Source: Clostridia bacterium (GTDB lineage Bacteria; Bacillota; Clostridia; Oscillospirales; CAG-272). From it: 64,000 nt of DNA. The notes under the pieces are model-generated. The model saw only the letters and a list, made by a program, of their open reading frames with translations, was not told where the DNA came from and did not search any database. The stretch is taken from contig JAFTBN010000021.1 of assembly GCA_017455185.1 (NCBI GenBank), positions 21,897 to 85,896 of the forward strand, in the 5' to 3' direction. A program made the translations under genes and the position numbers. Below, piece after piece: positions 19,181 through 26,549 of the stretch (positions are counted from its first letter, which is position 1; the number at the start of each line of letters is the position of its first letter).

Positions 19181-22100
19181 TCAATACGTCTTCAGTGCAT
19201 CAGCTGCATCCTGCAGATACTTTCCGATTCGTGCAACAATGGTTGCCTCGTTCTTCACGTTTCCATCCGCAACATCCGCTTCGCCCGCGGCAATGGAACC
19301 GGTCGGATCCAACCGCGACGCATGAGCCAGGAACTGTTTGGAATAATCCTCGAGGCTGACGATGTACTTGGCCTCGACTTTGGAACGCAAATCATGGGCA
19401 TTGGCCATTGCCAACGATGCTTCCTCAATCAGATTGTCGTAGTTGGAGGATTTCTTTGCCAGCAACTCGAACAAACTGCTTACCATATCGATTCTCTTGG
19501 AGGCAAGCGTCTGACCGATTTCCAGTGTTTCAAGGTCAAACTCTTTTCTCTTACGGGAGATTTCCTTATTAATGGTATTGATGTAACTCAACAATTCGGA
19601 TACGGGGTTCGCATCCTTGTTGTAAGCGGCAAGGAACGCAAATCCGGTATAACGGTCAATGATATAGGTGCCGGGATAGTTCGGCACGGACGCCAGATTG
19701 TTGAACTGTGCGAACACTTCCTCATACTCATCCACGGTCCAAGGCATGCTGAACAGCGCATTCTTGTTCGCAGTGTTGTGTTTTGCGGAGTCGCCCATGA
19801 TGGCAACCATCTCATTCGCGTATTTGGTCTGGCAGCTCGGGCCCGTGTACCACTGGAGATACTTCCAGGCGGAATCCTTATCCCGTGAGCCGGTTACGAT
19901 AACGTCTGCCGTAACACCCGAAATGGAGCAGTTGTTGATGTTTCCGTTCTCGTCCTCAATGCCCGGCAGCGGAGCAAACGTCCACAGACCGTCGATTTCG
20001 GTTGCGAAGACCTTCAACTGGTTGTACATTCCGGTATAGTCCTGAATGCAAATCGGCATTTCACCGGTACGGAAACGGTTCGCCGCGTTGTAGGAATACG
20101 GGAACGAGTACATGGTGAACATGTTGCACATGGTTTCAAATGCGTCCAGACCGACCTGACTGTCCAGGTTGATGCGCATTCCGTTGTCGGCAAAGAGTTC
20201 ACCGCCGTTCTGATACAGGAAAATCTTATAGTCCGTCGTAACACCGATTTCCATCTTGTTCGCATCCAGAACCACCAGCGCGTCGTAGATATCGGTCCAG
20301 GTTTTCGGAATCTCGATTCCCAGGTTGGCCAGAATATCCACGCGGACAAACATCATCGGGAATCCCTGTACTTCGGGAAGTCCGTAATAATGCTGAACGT
20401 TCTTGGAATCCGCGACTCCCAGGACCAGCATGGCCGCATCGGTAAACTGGGTGATGACTTCGTTAAAGCCTTCCATATTTTCAATGGATTCGAGCGCGCC
20501 GCGGATTGCGTAGTTGATTACGTCGCCCTGACCCAGGCCCAGATAGACATCCGGTCCTTTTCCGGCCAGGATGGACGGAAGCAGCGTACCGCCGCTGACG
20601 AGCTTCAGATCCGCCGCGATGTTGCTCTCGGGCGTGAATTCATTGGTAATCAGGTTGCGGATAACCTGAGACTGGTCACGGCCGTAAGCCACCCACACTT
20701 CGATGGAGGCATCGGTACCGGCTGCGTCCACGCTTCCCATGTTGTTGTAGTCACGGACAAAGGACTGGAAGAAGCTCTTCAGTTCGTGGCCCAGGCTCTT
20801 GAAGAATCCGGCCTTGCCAACCAACTTGTAATAGTTTTCCTTGTCGTTCGGGTCGGTGCGGTTCGTACCGCAGATGACCAGATAATCCAGCATCAAGGGT
20901 TGTGTCTTTGCATCGGAAAGGAATGTACCCATATTACCGATGTAAGTCTTCAGCGTTTCAAGGCTCTTTGCGATTTCATCCTCGTCCTTGCCCATACGGT
21001 CCAGAACGATGGAAACTTTCTCCAGCGTTGCCGTGTTGGAGGAAGCCGTTCCTGCCGTCTCCTCCATGAAGGCAATCAACTCGGTCAGCCGTCTGGACTG
21101 AATGATCATATCAATCAGCGTATCCGGCATAACGCGGGAGAAGTTGTAATCACGGTATGTATCCGGATTGGAACCGGTCAGTTTGATGATGTTCAGGTAA
21201 TCGGCGTTGATGCTGTTCATCGTCTTCTCGATTTCCTGAATGACCTCGCCCATGGCGCCCAGGGTTACTTCAAAGCGGACGGTATACGTTACGCCTTTCT
21301 CGAAATAGAATTCGTACGTATTGTCAACCTTATGGTCTCCGTCATTGTCCCGGCCGTTCGTCAGGCCCTGTGCCTGCCAATCCGTGCTGTAATTGAATCT
21401 GAGTTCGGTTGCTTCCTTGAAAGGAATGCCGTTGTAGTATCCGGCAGTTCCCTCTGCGGCTCCGTCACTGAAGATGTACAGGTTGCGGCTGGTGAAAATA
21501 CCGTCTAGGATGGACTGCTTGAAGCGGGCAAGAATCTGATACATACCGCTTTCTTTCACCCGGAATTTGTATTCAATCCACTGACCGGAAGTCTGCCACT
21601 TTTCGCCGCCGATGGTGTTGAGCACCATGCGGGTGACGTCTGTCGGGGAGTTGGCAGCGGAGCTGCGCTCCTCCACCGGATAAATCGTATTGGTGGAAGT
21701 GGCCGAAGGATATTCGGCTTCAATCTTCACCACGTCGGACGCCTTGTTCTTCGAGCCCAGGCCGTTCAGATACTCCTCGTAGGATTGCAGGAATGCATGC
21801 GGAACCAGGCGGATGGATTTGATGGCCATCGGCTCGTTCACACCTTCCAGCGAGAATGTAATCATGCCCTGCTCGTCCGGCTCAATCGCAAAAATGAACG
21901 TTTCGGAATAGTATCCGCTGTTGTCGCGGAACTCAAACGATGTCCATTCAGGCGCCTGCAGAGCGGTCGGTCTCAACTCGTTGTTGTCCCCGTCCGTCCT
22001 GAAGAACCGCAAAGCGATTTCGTCGTTCAGATATTTGTCGATATCCGAATTCCAGTATTCAGGCATCTCATACGTAATCCTGGTACCGTTTTCAAGGTCC

Positions 22101-22714
22101 TTCGTGGTATATTTCAGGCCAAGCTCGGCCGCCTTGCTCGTATACTCGGATACGTTCTCCCCTTTCACTAGGTCCAGATTCCCGCCGATGTAATCAAATC
22201 TCCAGATTTTCGGCATCGTAAGGGAATATGCCTCGGAAAAAGGAGGTACTCCGTTGATGTAGAACTCACGCTCGATGGAAGCGGATTTTCCCTCTTCCGG
22301 ATAATAATCCACAACGATACTGTACAGCGTCGTCTCGGTCACGCCTTTCTCGGCGAGATTGATGACCCATGAAACCGAGCCGTTTGCAGGTGTATGCAAA
22401 GCGGTAACCCCGTCATAGGTGACCTCGCTCACTTCGGCGTCCGTTTTTTCGGGATCGTAATCCAAAGCGTTAATCTCGATTGAACTGGTCGCATGCTTGC
22501 AGTTCGCATACTTCTCCAGATACTCTTCGTACGAAATGGCATTGAGTCGCGCGGCATAATCGGCCACAGAGATATTGGTGGTCGTATCCACGCGATCGTC
22601 ATCCGTCTGCGTATCGGTTCCGTCGTCCGCTGACGCAACGAATGTGCCTCCGCACAAAAGCATCACTAGAGCAAGTATCAAAGCTGCAAGTCTTTGACCC
22701 ATCGTGATCTTCAT
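19181..22714 (-). CDS. giant extracellular solute-binding-type protein (N-terminal beta-sandwich/CBM-like and helical regions fused to an SBP fold)
   Basis: 1177 aa with an AGGAGG SD and signal peptide (...FVASA/DD). The C-terminal roughly 440 aa resemble family-1 sugar-binding proteins (LKLVSGGTLLPSILAGKGPDVYLGLGQGD ... YKIFLYQNGGELF ... WKYLQWYTG). The N-terminal roughly 600 aa are unrelated to SBPs. Confidence 0.85.
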   Translation of the reverse strand: MKITMGQRLAALILALVMLLCGGTFVASADDGTDTQTDDDRVDTTTNISVADYAARLNAISYEEYLEKYANCKHATSSIEINALDYDPEKTDAEVSEVTYDGVTALHTPANGSVSWVINLAEKGVTETTLYSIVVDYYPEEGKSASIEREFYINGVPPFSEAYSLTMPKIWRFDYIGGNLDLVKGENVSEYTSKAAELGLKYTTKDLENGTRITYEMPEYWNSDIDKYLNDEIALRFFRTDGDNNELRPTALQAPEWTSFEFRDNSGYYSETFIFAIEPDEQGMITFSLEGVNEPMAIKSIRLVPHAFLQSYEEYLNGLGSKNKASDVVKIEAEYPSATSTNTIYPVEERSSAANSPTDVTRMVLNTIGGEKWQTSGQWIEYKFRVKESGMYQILARFKQSILDGIFTSRNLYIFSDGAAEGTAGYYNGIPFKEATELRFNYSTDWQAQGLTNGRDNDGDHKVDNTYEFYFEKGVTYTVRFEVTLGAMGEVIQEIEKTMNSINADYLNIIKLTGSNPDTYRDYNFSRVMPDTLIDMIIQSRRLTELIAFMEETAGTASSNTATLEKVSIVLDRMGKDEDEIAKSLETLKTYIGNMGTFLSDAKTQPLMLDYLVICGTNRTDPNDKENYYKLVGKAGFFKSLGHELKSFFQSFVRDYNNMGSVDAAGTDASIEVWVAYGRDQSQVIRNLITNEFTPESNIAADLKLVSGGTLLPSILAGKGPDVYLGLGQGDVINYAIRGALESIENMEGFNEVITQFTDAAMLVLGVADSKNVQHYYGLPEVQGFPMMFVRVDILANLGIEIPKTWTDIYDALVVLDANKMEIGVTTDYKIFLYQNGGELFADNGMRINLDSQVGLDAFETMCNMFTMYSFPYSYNAANRFRTGEMPICIQDYTGMYNQLKVFATEIDGLWTFAPLPGIEDENGNINNCSISGVTADVIVTGSRDKDSAWKYLQWYTGPSCQTKYANEMVAIMGDSAKHNTANKNALFSMPWTVDEYEEVFAQFNNLASVPNYPGTYIIDRYTGFAFLAAYNKDANPVSELLSYINTINKEISRKRKEFDLETLEIGQTLASKRIDMVSSLFELLAKKSSNYDNLIEEASLAMANAHDLRSKVEAKYIVSLEDYSKQFLAHASRLDPTGSIAAGEADVADGNVKNEATIVARIGKYLQDAADALKTY

Positions 22715-22795
22715 GCTCGTTCCTCCTAAAAAAATTGCTCAAACTAATACATAATCGGCCCTCAGACCGCAAGCATCTGAGGTCCCTCGCGCACG

Positions 22796-22807
22796 CGTAT
22801 GCATACG
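22796..22807. promoter_or_regulatory. perfect 12-bp palindrome CGTATGCATACG just downstream of the candidate -10 (operator candidate)
   Basis: The sequence is self-complementary and lies at about +4 to +15 of the predicted transcript. Confidence 0.35.
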
Positions 22808-22817
22808 TTGTTTCTAT

Positions 22818-22846
22818 ATCTTACCAAAAAGCGAAAATCGTTTCAA
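22818..22846 (-). promoter_or_regulatory. candidate promoter of the 13.5-kb ABC operon
   Basis: Minus strand reads TTGAAA (22846-22841), 17-nt spacer, TGg-TAAGAT extended -10 (22823-22818). The predicted leader is about 95 nt. Confidence 0.5.
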
Positions 22847-22950
22847 TATGAAAAAAAGAATGTTTACAAACGCACAAAAACCAGAGGAGAAAAACAGTCC
22901 TCAATCGGGCTCGTCCCGGAATTTTTTCAGCCGTAACGGAAAGCAATGAA

Positions 22951-22965
22951 GTAATTTTCAGTTAC
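22951..22965. promoter_or_regulatory. operator-like inverted repeat GTAAT-N5-GTTAC, copy 1
   Basis: GTAATTTTCAGTTAC. The same half-sites and spacing recur 105 bp away. Confidence 0.3.
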
Positions 22966-23055
22966 TATTTAGCGAGTCAAAATTCAATGAAACGGCGCCG
23001 GCAGACGCAATGAAAGGCCGAATTATTCCAAGAATTCAAGGTTTCGATTTTGAAA

Positions 23056-23070
23056 GTAATTAAAAGTTAC
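23056..23070. promoter_or_regulatory. operator-like inverted repeat GTAAT-N5-GTTAC, copy 2
   Basis: GTAATTAAAAGTTAC. Lies 105 bp (about ten helical turns) from copy 1. Confidence 0.3.
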
Positions 23071-23210
23071 CGTCAAAAGGAGCAAATCTTTCAGAATTGT
23101 TGACCTTGACGTGAAAAATGAAACGGCGGGATGAAACATTTCGTTACACATCAGTCAAAAAGGGTTATTTTTAAAAAAGAAAGCTCGTTTTTCCGGTTCA
23201 GAAAGTGCAG

Positions 23211-23250
23211 TCAAATAAAAATCGGGGACGGATTTCCATTCGTCCCCAAA
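23211..23250 (-). terminator. intrinsic terminator after the cysteine desulfurase gene
   Basis: Stem GGGGACG (23224-23230) with CGTCCCC (23241-23247). On the minus strand it is followed by GATTTTTATTT. Confidence 0.7.
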
Positions 23251-23268
23251 ATTTACATTAATTTCCAA

Positions 23269-24417
23269 TTATTTGATTTCCAGAATGGAGCGGATTTCCT
23301 TGCCCAGACGCACGGCTTCGTCCTCCGTGCTGCCAAAGCCGAACGATATGCGGAGCGCGTCCCGAATCTCCTCCTGAGCCAGCCCCATGGCAGCAAGCGT
23401 ATGAGAGCCAGCCCGGCGCTGCCCGTCACAGGCGCTTCCCCTGGAGACGCAAATGCCCCGGTGCGCAAGCCTTTCCTGCAGCATCACCCTGTCGGCTCCC
23501 GGAAGAATCAGGCACAAATAACCCGGAATTCTTTGGGTATCCTGCGGCAAGACGCACCGGATGCCGCCCGAATCGTTTTCAAAAAGAGTCTTCAGGAAAA
23601 CCTGTTCGCAGTTTGCAACCCGGGCTCTTTCCTTCGGCAGGCAGGCGTTCCAGGCTTTTGCCAGTCCGACCGCGTGAGCAACCGGAACCGTTCCGCAAAG
23701 CAACCCGTGCTGCTGCCCTCCTCCCGGTCTGTAAAAAGGCAAATGATCCGTGTGACGCAAATACAGCGCCCCGATTCCCTTTCCGGCCCCGAGTTTGCTG
23801 CCCGCAACCGACGCCCCGTCGGCGTGCCAGGCATCCACAGCCAGCGGTCCGTCCACAGCCAGTGCGACCGCGTCGACGAAGAAACAGCTATTGCATCCGT
23901 GCGCGAGTTCCCCAATCTGCAAAAGAGGCTGACGCGCTCCCGTTTCGTTGTTTGCGCCCATGACGGCGGTAAGAGCTACCGTCCCGTCCAGGATGCTCTT
24001 ATAATGTTCGATTGAAATTTTTCCGTTAGAGTCGCAATTTATATGCGAAACAAAAAATCCGTTTTCTTCCAGTTGCTCCCTCATTTCCAAAACGGAAGCA
24101 TGTTCGACGGCTGACAGAAGAATCCTCTTGCGTGCCGGGTCTTTTGCCCGGATCCGGCGGGCCAGGGTCAGGATTCCGGCATGATTTGCTTCGGTTCCCG
24201 AGCCGGTCAGCAGCACGTCTCCGTCTGTTCCCCCGAAAAGGTTCATCAGTTCCCCTTTGGCTTTTTCAAGCGCTATCGCCGCCTCCCTCCCGGCGGGATG
24301 GGCCGAATCCGGATTTCCGAAAGCAGAAAACCAGTACGGCCGCATGGCATCCGCCACCTCGGGCCGCATCGGAGCGGCCGCCGCATAGTCCGCATAAAGC
24401 ATGGGATAATCCGCCAT
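23269..24417 (-). CDS. cysteine desulfurase / class V aminotransferase (NifS-like)
   Basis: The ORF track starts at 24459. I prefer the ATG at 24417 (MADYPMLYADYAA), giving 382 aa. PLP-lysine region AGSKLGAGKGIGALYLR and the C-terminal active-site motif RGSACDG. Confidence 0.85.
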   Translation of the reverse strand: MADYPMLYADYAAAAPMRPEVADAMRPYWFSAFGNPDSAHPAGREAAIALEKAKGELMNLFGGTDGDVLLTGSGTEANHAGILTLARRIRAKDPARKRILLSAVEHASVLEMREQLEENGFFVSHINCDSNGKISIEHYKSILDGTVALTAVMGANNETGARQPLLQIGELAHGCNSCFFVDAVALAVDGPLAVDAWHADGASVAGSKLGAGKGIGALYLRHTDHLPFYRPGGGQQHGLLCGTVPVAHAVGLAKAWNACLPKERARVANCEQVFLKTLFENDSGGIRCVLPQDTQRIPGYLCLILPGADRVMLQERLAHRGICVSRGSACDGQRRAGSHTLAAMGLAQEEIRDALRISFGFGSTEDEAVRLGKEIRSILEIK

Positions 24418-24492
24418 CTCTTCTCTCCTTTTCTTCTCTTCTGTTGTATCGTAGCACACAATTCCTTCCGGCGCAAGGGAGGTTCTTCCTTA

Positions 24493-24521
24493 TGGACAAA
24501 CCCGTTCAAATATGGTACAAT
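24493..24521 (+). promoter_or_regulatory. candidate promoter of the rRNA methyltransferase gene
   Basis: TGGACA (24493-24498), 17-nt spacer, TGg-TACAAT (24516-24521). Confidence 0.55.
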
Positions 24522-24545
24522 GGGCCAAACGAAACGGAGAGTGCC

Positions 24546-25772
24546 ATGAGACCTTATTCACGCGTTACCATCACAAAAAAGAACGAGGAATCCATCAAAG
24601 GAGGACACGTCTGGGTGTTCCGGGACGAAATCACCGGTTCGGAAGGACCTCTTAAGGACGGAGACCTGGTAGACGTAGTCAACTCTTCAAACCGGTATCT
24701 CGGAACCGGTTTTTACAACAGCAAAAGCGTTATGACGGTCCGGATTCTATCCAAAAACAGCAACGACCTGTTTGATGAAGCTTTCTGGCTGCGGCGTCTG
24801 ACCTGGGTCATCCGCTACCGCATGGACACCATGGGACCGGAAGACTTCCGGTGCTGCCGGCTGATTTTCGGAGAGGCGGATCAGTTTCCGGGGCTTACGG
24901 TAGACCGCTACGAAGACGTGCTGGTCGTACAGATTGTCTCACTGGGATTCGAATTGCGTAAGGAAACGATCCTTTCGCTTCTGATCCGGGTCCTGAAAGA
25001 AGAGTTTTCCGTTGCAATCCGGGTTGTCTACCTTCGAAACGAGCACAAACTCCGGGTTCCGGAGGGATTGACGCAGGAAAAAGGATACTACTGTGGAGAG
25101 GAAAACGACCGGGAACATCCAGGGACCGTTGAAATAACCGAAAACGGCTTGCGTTACACCGTGGATTTCATGAACGGGCAGAAAACAGGTTTCTTCCTGG
25201 ATCAGAAATACAACCGCCTGTCCATCCGAAAGATCTGTCGGGGCAAAGCCGTTCTGGACTGCTTTACGCACACCGGCTCCTTCGCCCTGAACGCCGCAGC
25301 GGCCGGCGCAACGCACGTTACGGCGGTCGATATCTCCGAAGAAGCCCTTCGGCGCGCCCGGGAAAATGCCGCAATCAACGGATTGGAATCCCGGATCGAG
25401 TTCATGCAGGCCGATGTATTCGACTATCTGAAATCCATGGAGGGCCGCCACGACTCGGCCTACGACGTCATCATACTGGATCCGCCGGCCTTTACCAAAG
25501 GGCATGAAAGTTTCCGGAACGCATTCGAGGGATACAAGAAAATCAACGCTCAGGCCATGCGCCTGCTCAGGCGAGGTTCCTACCTGGTAACCTGTTCCTG
25601 CTCCAACTTTATGTCCGAGCCCAATTTCAAAATGGCCATCCATCATGCGGCAGAACTTGCGCACGTATCGCTCAGGCAGATCGAAGGGCGCAAGCAGAGC
25701 CCGGATCATCCCATCCTCTGGAATGTGCCCGAAACCGACTACCTTAAGTTCTTTCTCTTTCAGGTCGTATGA
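24546..25772 (+). CDS. class I SAM-dependent rRNA methyltransferase (RlmI/PUA-type)
   Basis: The real start is the ATG at 24546 (MRPYSRVTITKK), with GGAGA 6 nt upstream. The longer 24132 ORF is an unsupported extension. Has a PUA-like N-terminus, the SAM motif VLDCFTHTGSFAL and ILDPPAF. Confidence 0.85.
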   Translation: MRPYSRVTITKKNEESIKGGHVWVFRDEITGSEGPLKDGDLVDVVNSSNRYLGTGFYNSKSVMTVRILSKNSNDLFDEAFWLRRLTWVIRYRMDTMGPEDFRCCRLIFGEADQFPGLTVDRYEDVLVVQIVSLGFELRKETILSLLIRVLKEEFSVAIRVVYLRNEHKLRVPEGLTQEKGYYCGEENDREHPGTVEITENGLRYTVDFMNGQKTGFFLDQKYNRLSIRKICRGKAVLDCFTHTGSFALNAAAAGATHVTAVDISEEALRRARENAAINGLESRIEFMQADVFDYLKSMEGRHDSAYDVIILDPPAFTKGHESFRNAFEGYKKINAQAMRLLRRGSYLVTCSCSNFMSEPNFKMAIHHAAELAHVSLRQIEGRKQSPDHPILWNVPETDYLKFFLFQVV

Positions 25773-25832
25773 TGTTAGAATATCAAAAAATATGTTTAAA
25801 GCCCGGATAAATTCGTTTAGCCTGGCTTTTGT

Positions 25833-25870
25833 AAAAAAGTCCGCCGTGAAAACGGCGGACTCTTCATCTT
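25833..25870. terminator. bidirectional intrinsic terminator
   Basis: GTCCGCCG (25839-25846) pairs with CGGCGGAC (25853-25860). A6 upstream gives a T6 run for the minus-strand murC-GH78-hypothetical transcript, and TCTTCATCTT lies downstream for rlmI. Confidence 0.75.
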
Positions 25871-25952
25871 GTATGGATTGCTCCTGATCGGTCAGCACAA
25901 ATGGTTCCGACATCCGCTTTTCTGCATTTGCCCCGCAGAACGGACACCGGCC

Positions 25953-26495
25953 TCAAAGCTGCCTGATAATCTTTCCGCTTTCCTTTGCCGACATATATTC
26001 GTCCCTGAGCAATTCCCTCGAATTCGAGCCGAAAGCAACATCGAAAAAACGGAGCAGCCCATCCGGTATGATGACATTCTCAAAAGGAATCAGTGTTGCT
26101 TCAATGATAGCCGGGCAGCGACCAAAAGGAAGCAATTCATCCCATGACGAAATGATTCCGGATACCTGGTATACCTTATCATCCGATAACAGAATCGCGC
26201 CTTTTTTCAGTATCCGTTCCACAATGAACCGTCCGCTCACGCGCCGCTTCCAACTCCTTATGAGTTCTCTGTCCCTTTCCGATATTTCATCCCGGGTGTT
26301 CTTCAGATAGTCATCAATGACACTGGGATCCGCCCACAAAACCTCAGCCACTTTTGCGACTTCATTTGGATCCAGATTTTTCTTCAGCCGGATATTCCGA
26401 AGTCTGGTAGTGATCCCTTTTTGCTTATTCACATAATCCAGTAAAGGGAGAAATAAATTGTAAAATCTTTCCGAGTCTTCACTTGACAATACCAT
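25953..26495 (-). CDS. hypothetical protein
   Basis: 180 aa with a strong GGAGG SD 8 nt upstream of the ATG. Sits 54 nt downstream of the GH78 gene on the same strand and is followed by a terminator. No family recognised. Confidence 0.6.
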   Translation of the reverse strand: MVLSSEDSERFYNLFLPLLDYVNKQKGITTRLRNIRLKKNLDPNEVAKVAEVLWADPSVIDDYLKNTRDEISERDRELIRSWKRRVSGRFIVERILKKGAILLSDDKVYQVSGIISSWDELLPFGRCPAIIEATLIPFENVIIPDGLLRFFDVAFGSNSRELLRDEYMSAKESGKIIRQL

Positions 26496-26549
26496 ACCGT
26501 GTTCCTCCTTTTTGTATGTTTATCCTTCTTGCTTTCACCCGGGAACGGT

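Noticed and set aside
22836-22850. A possible catabolite-responsive element (cre) near the candidate -35 of the big operon (TTGAAACGATTTTCG on the minus strand)
   Set aside because: Aligning it to the cre consensus WTGNAANCGNWNNCW puts the central CG out of register, so it is not a convincing CcpA site.
23131-24015. A 294-aa plus-strand ORF starting in the AT-rich control region
   Set aside because: It is mostly antisense to the cysteine desulfurase gene. The nearby AAAGGAG has no start codon at a usable distance.
24132-24545. N-terminal extensions offered by the ORF track (24132 for the methyltransferase, 59553 for ychF, 44298 for DHHW, 4311 for the membrane protein, 30191 for spoVG, 35232 for pckG, 24459 for the desulfurase, 15177 for the DUF5696-like gene)
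   Set aside because: In each case the extension lacks an SD and overlaps a neighbouring gene or promoter. An internal start with a good SD coincides with the conserved N-terminus of the family.
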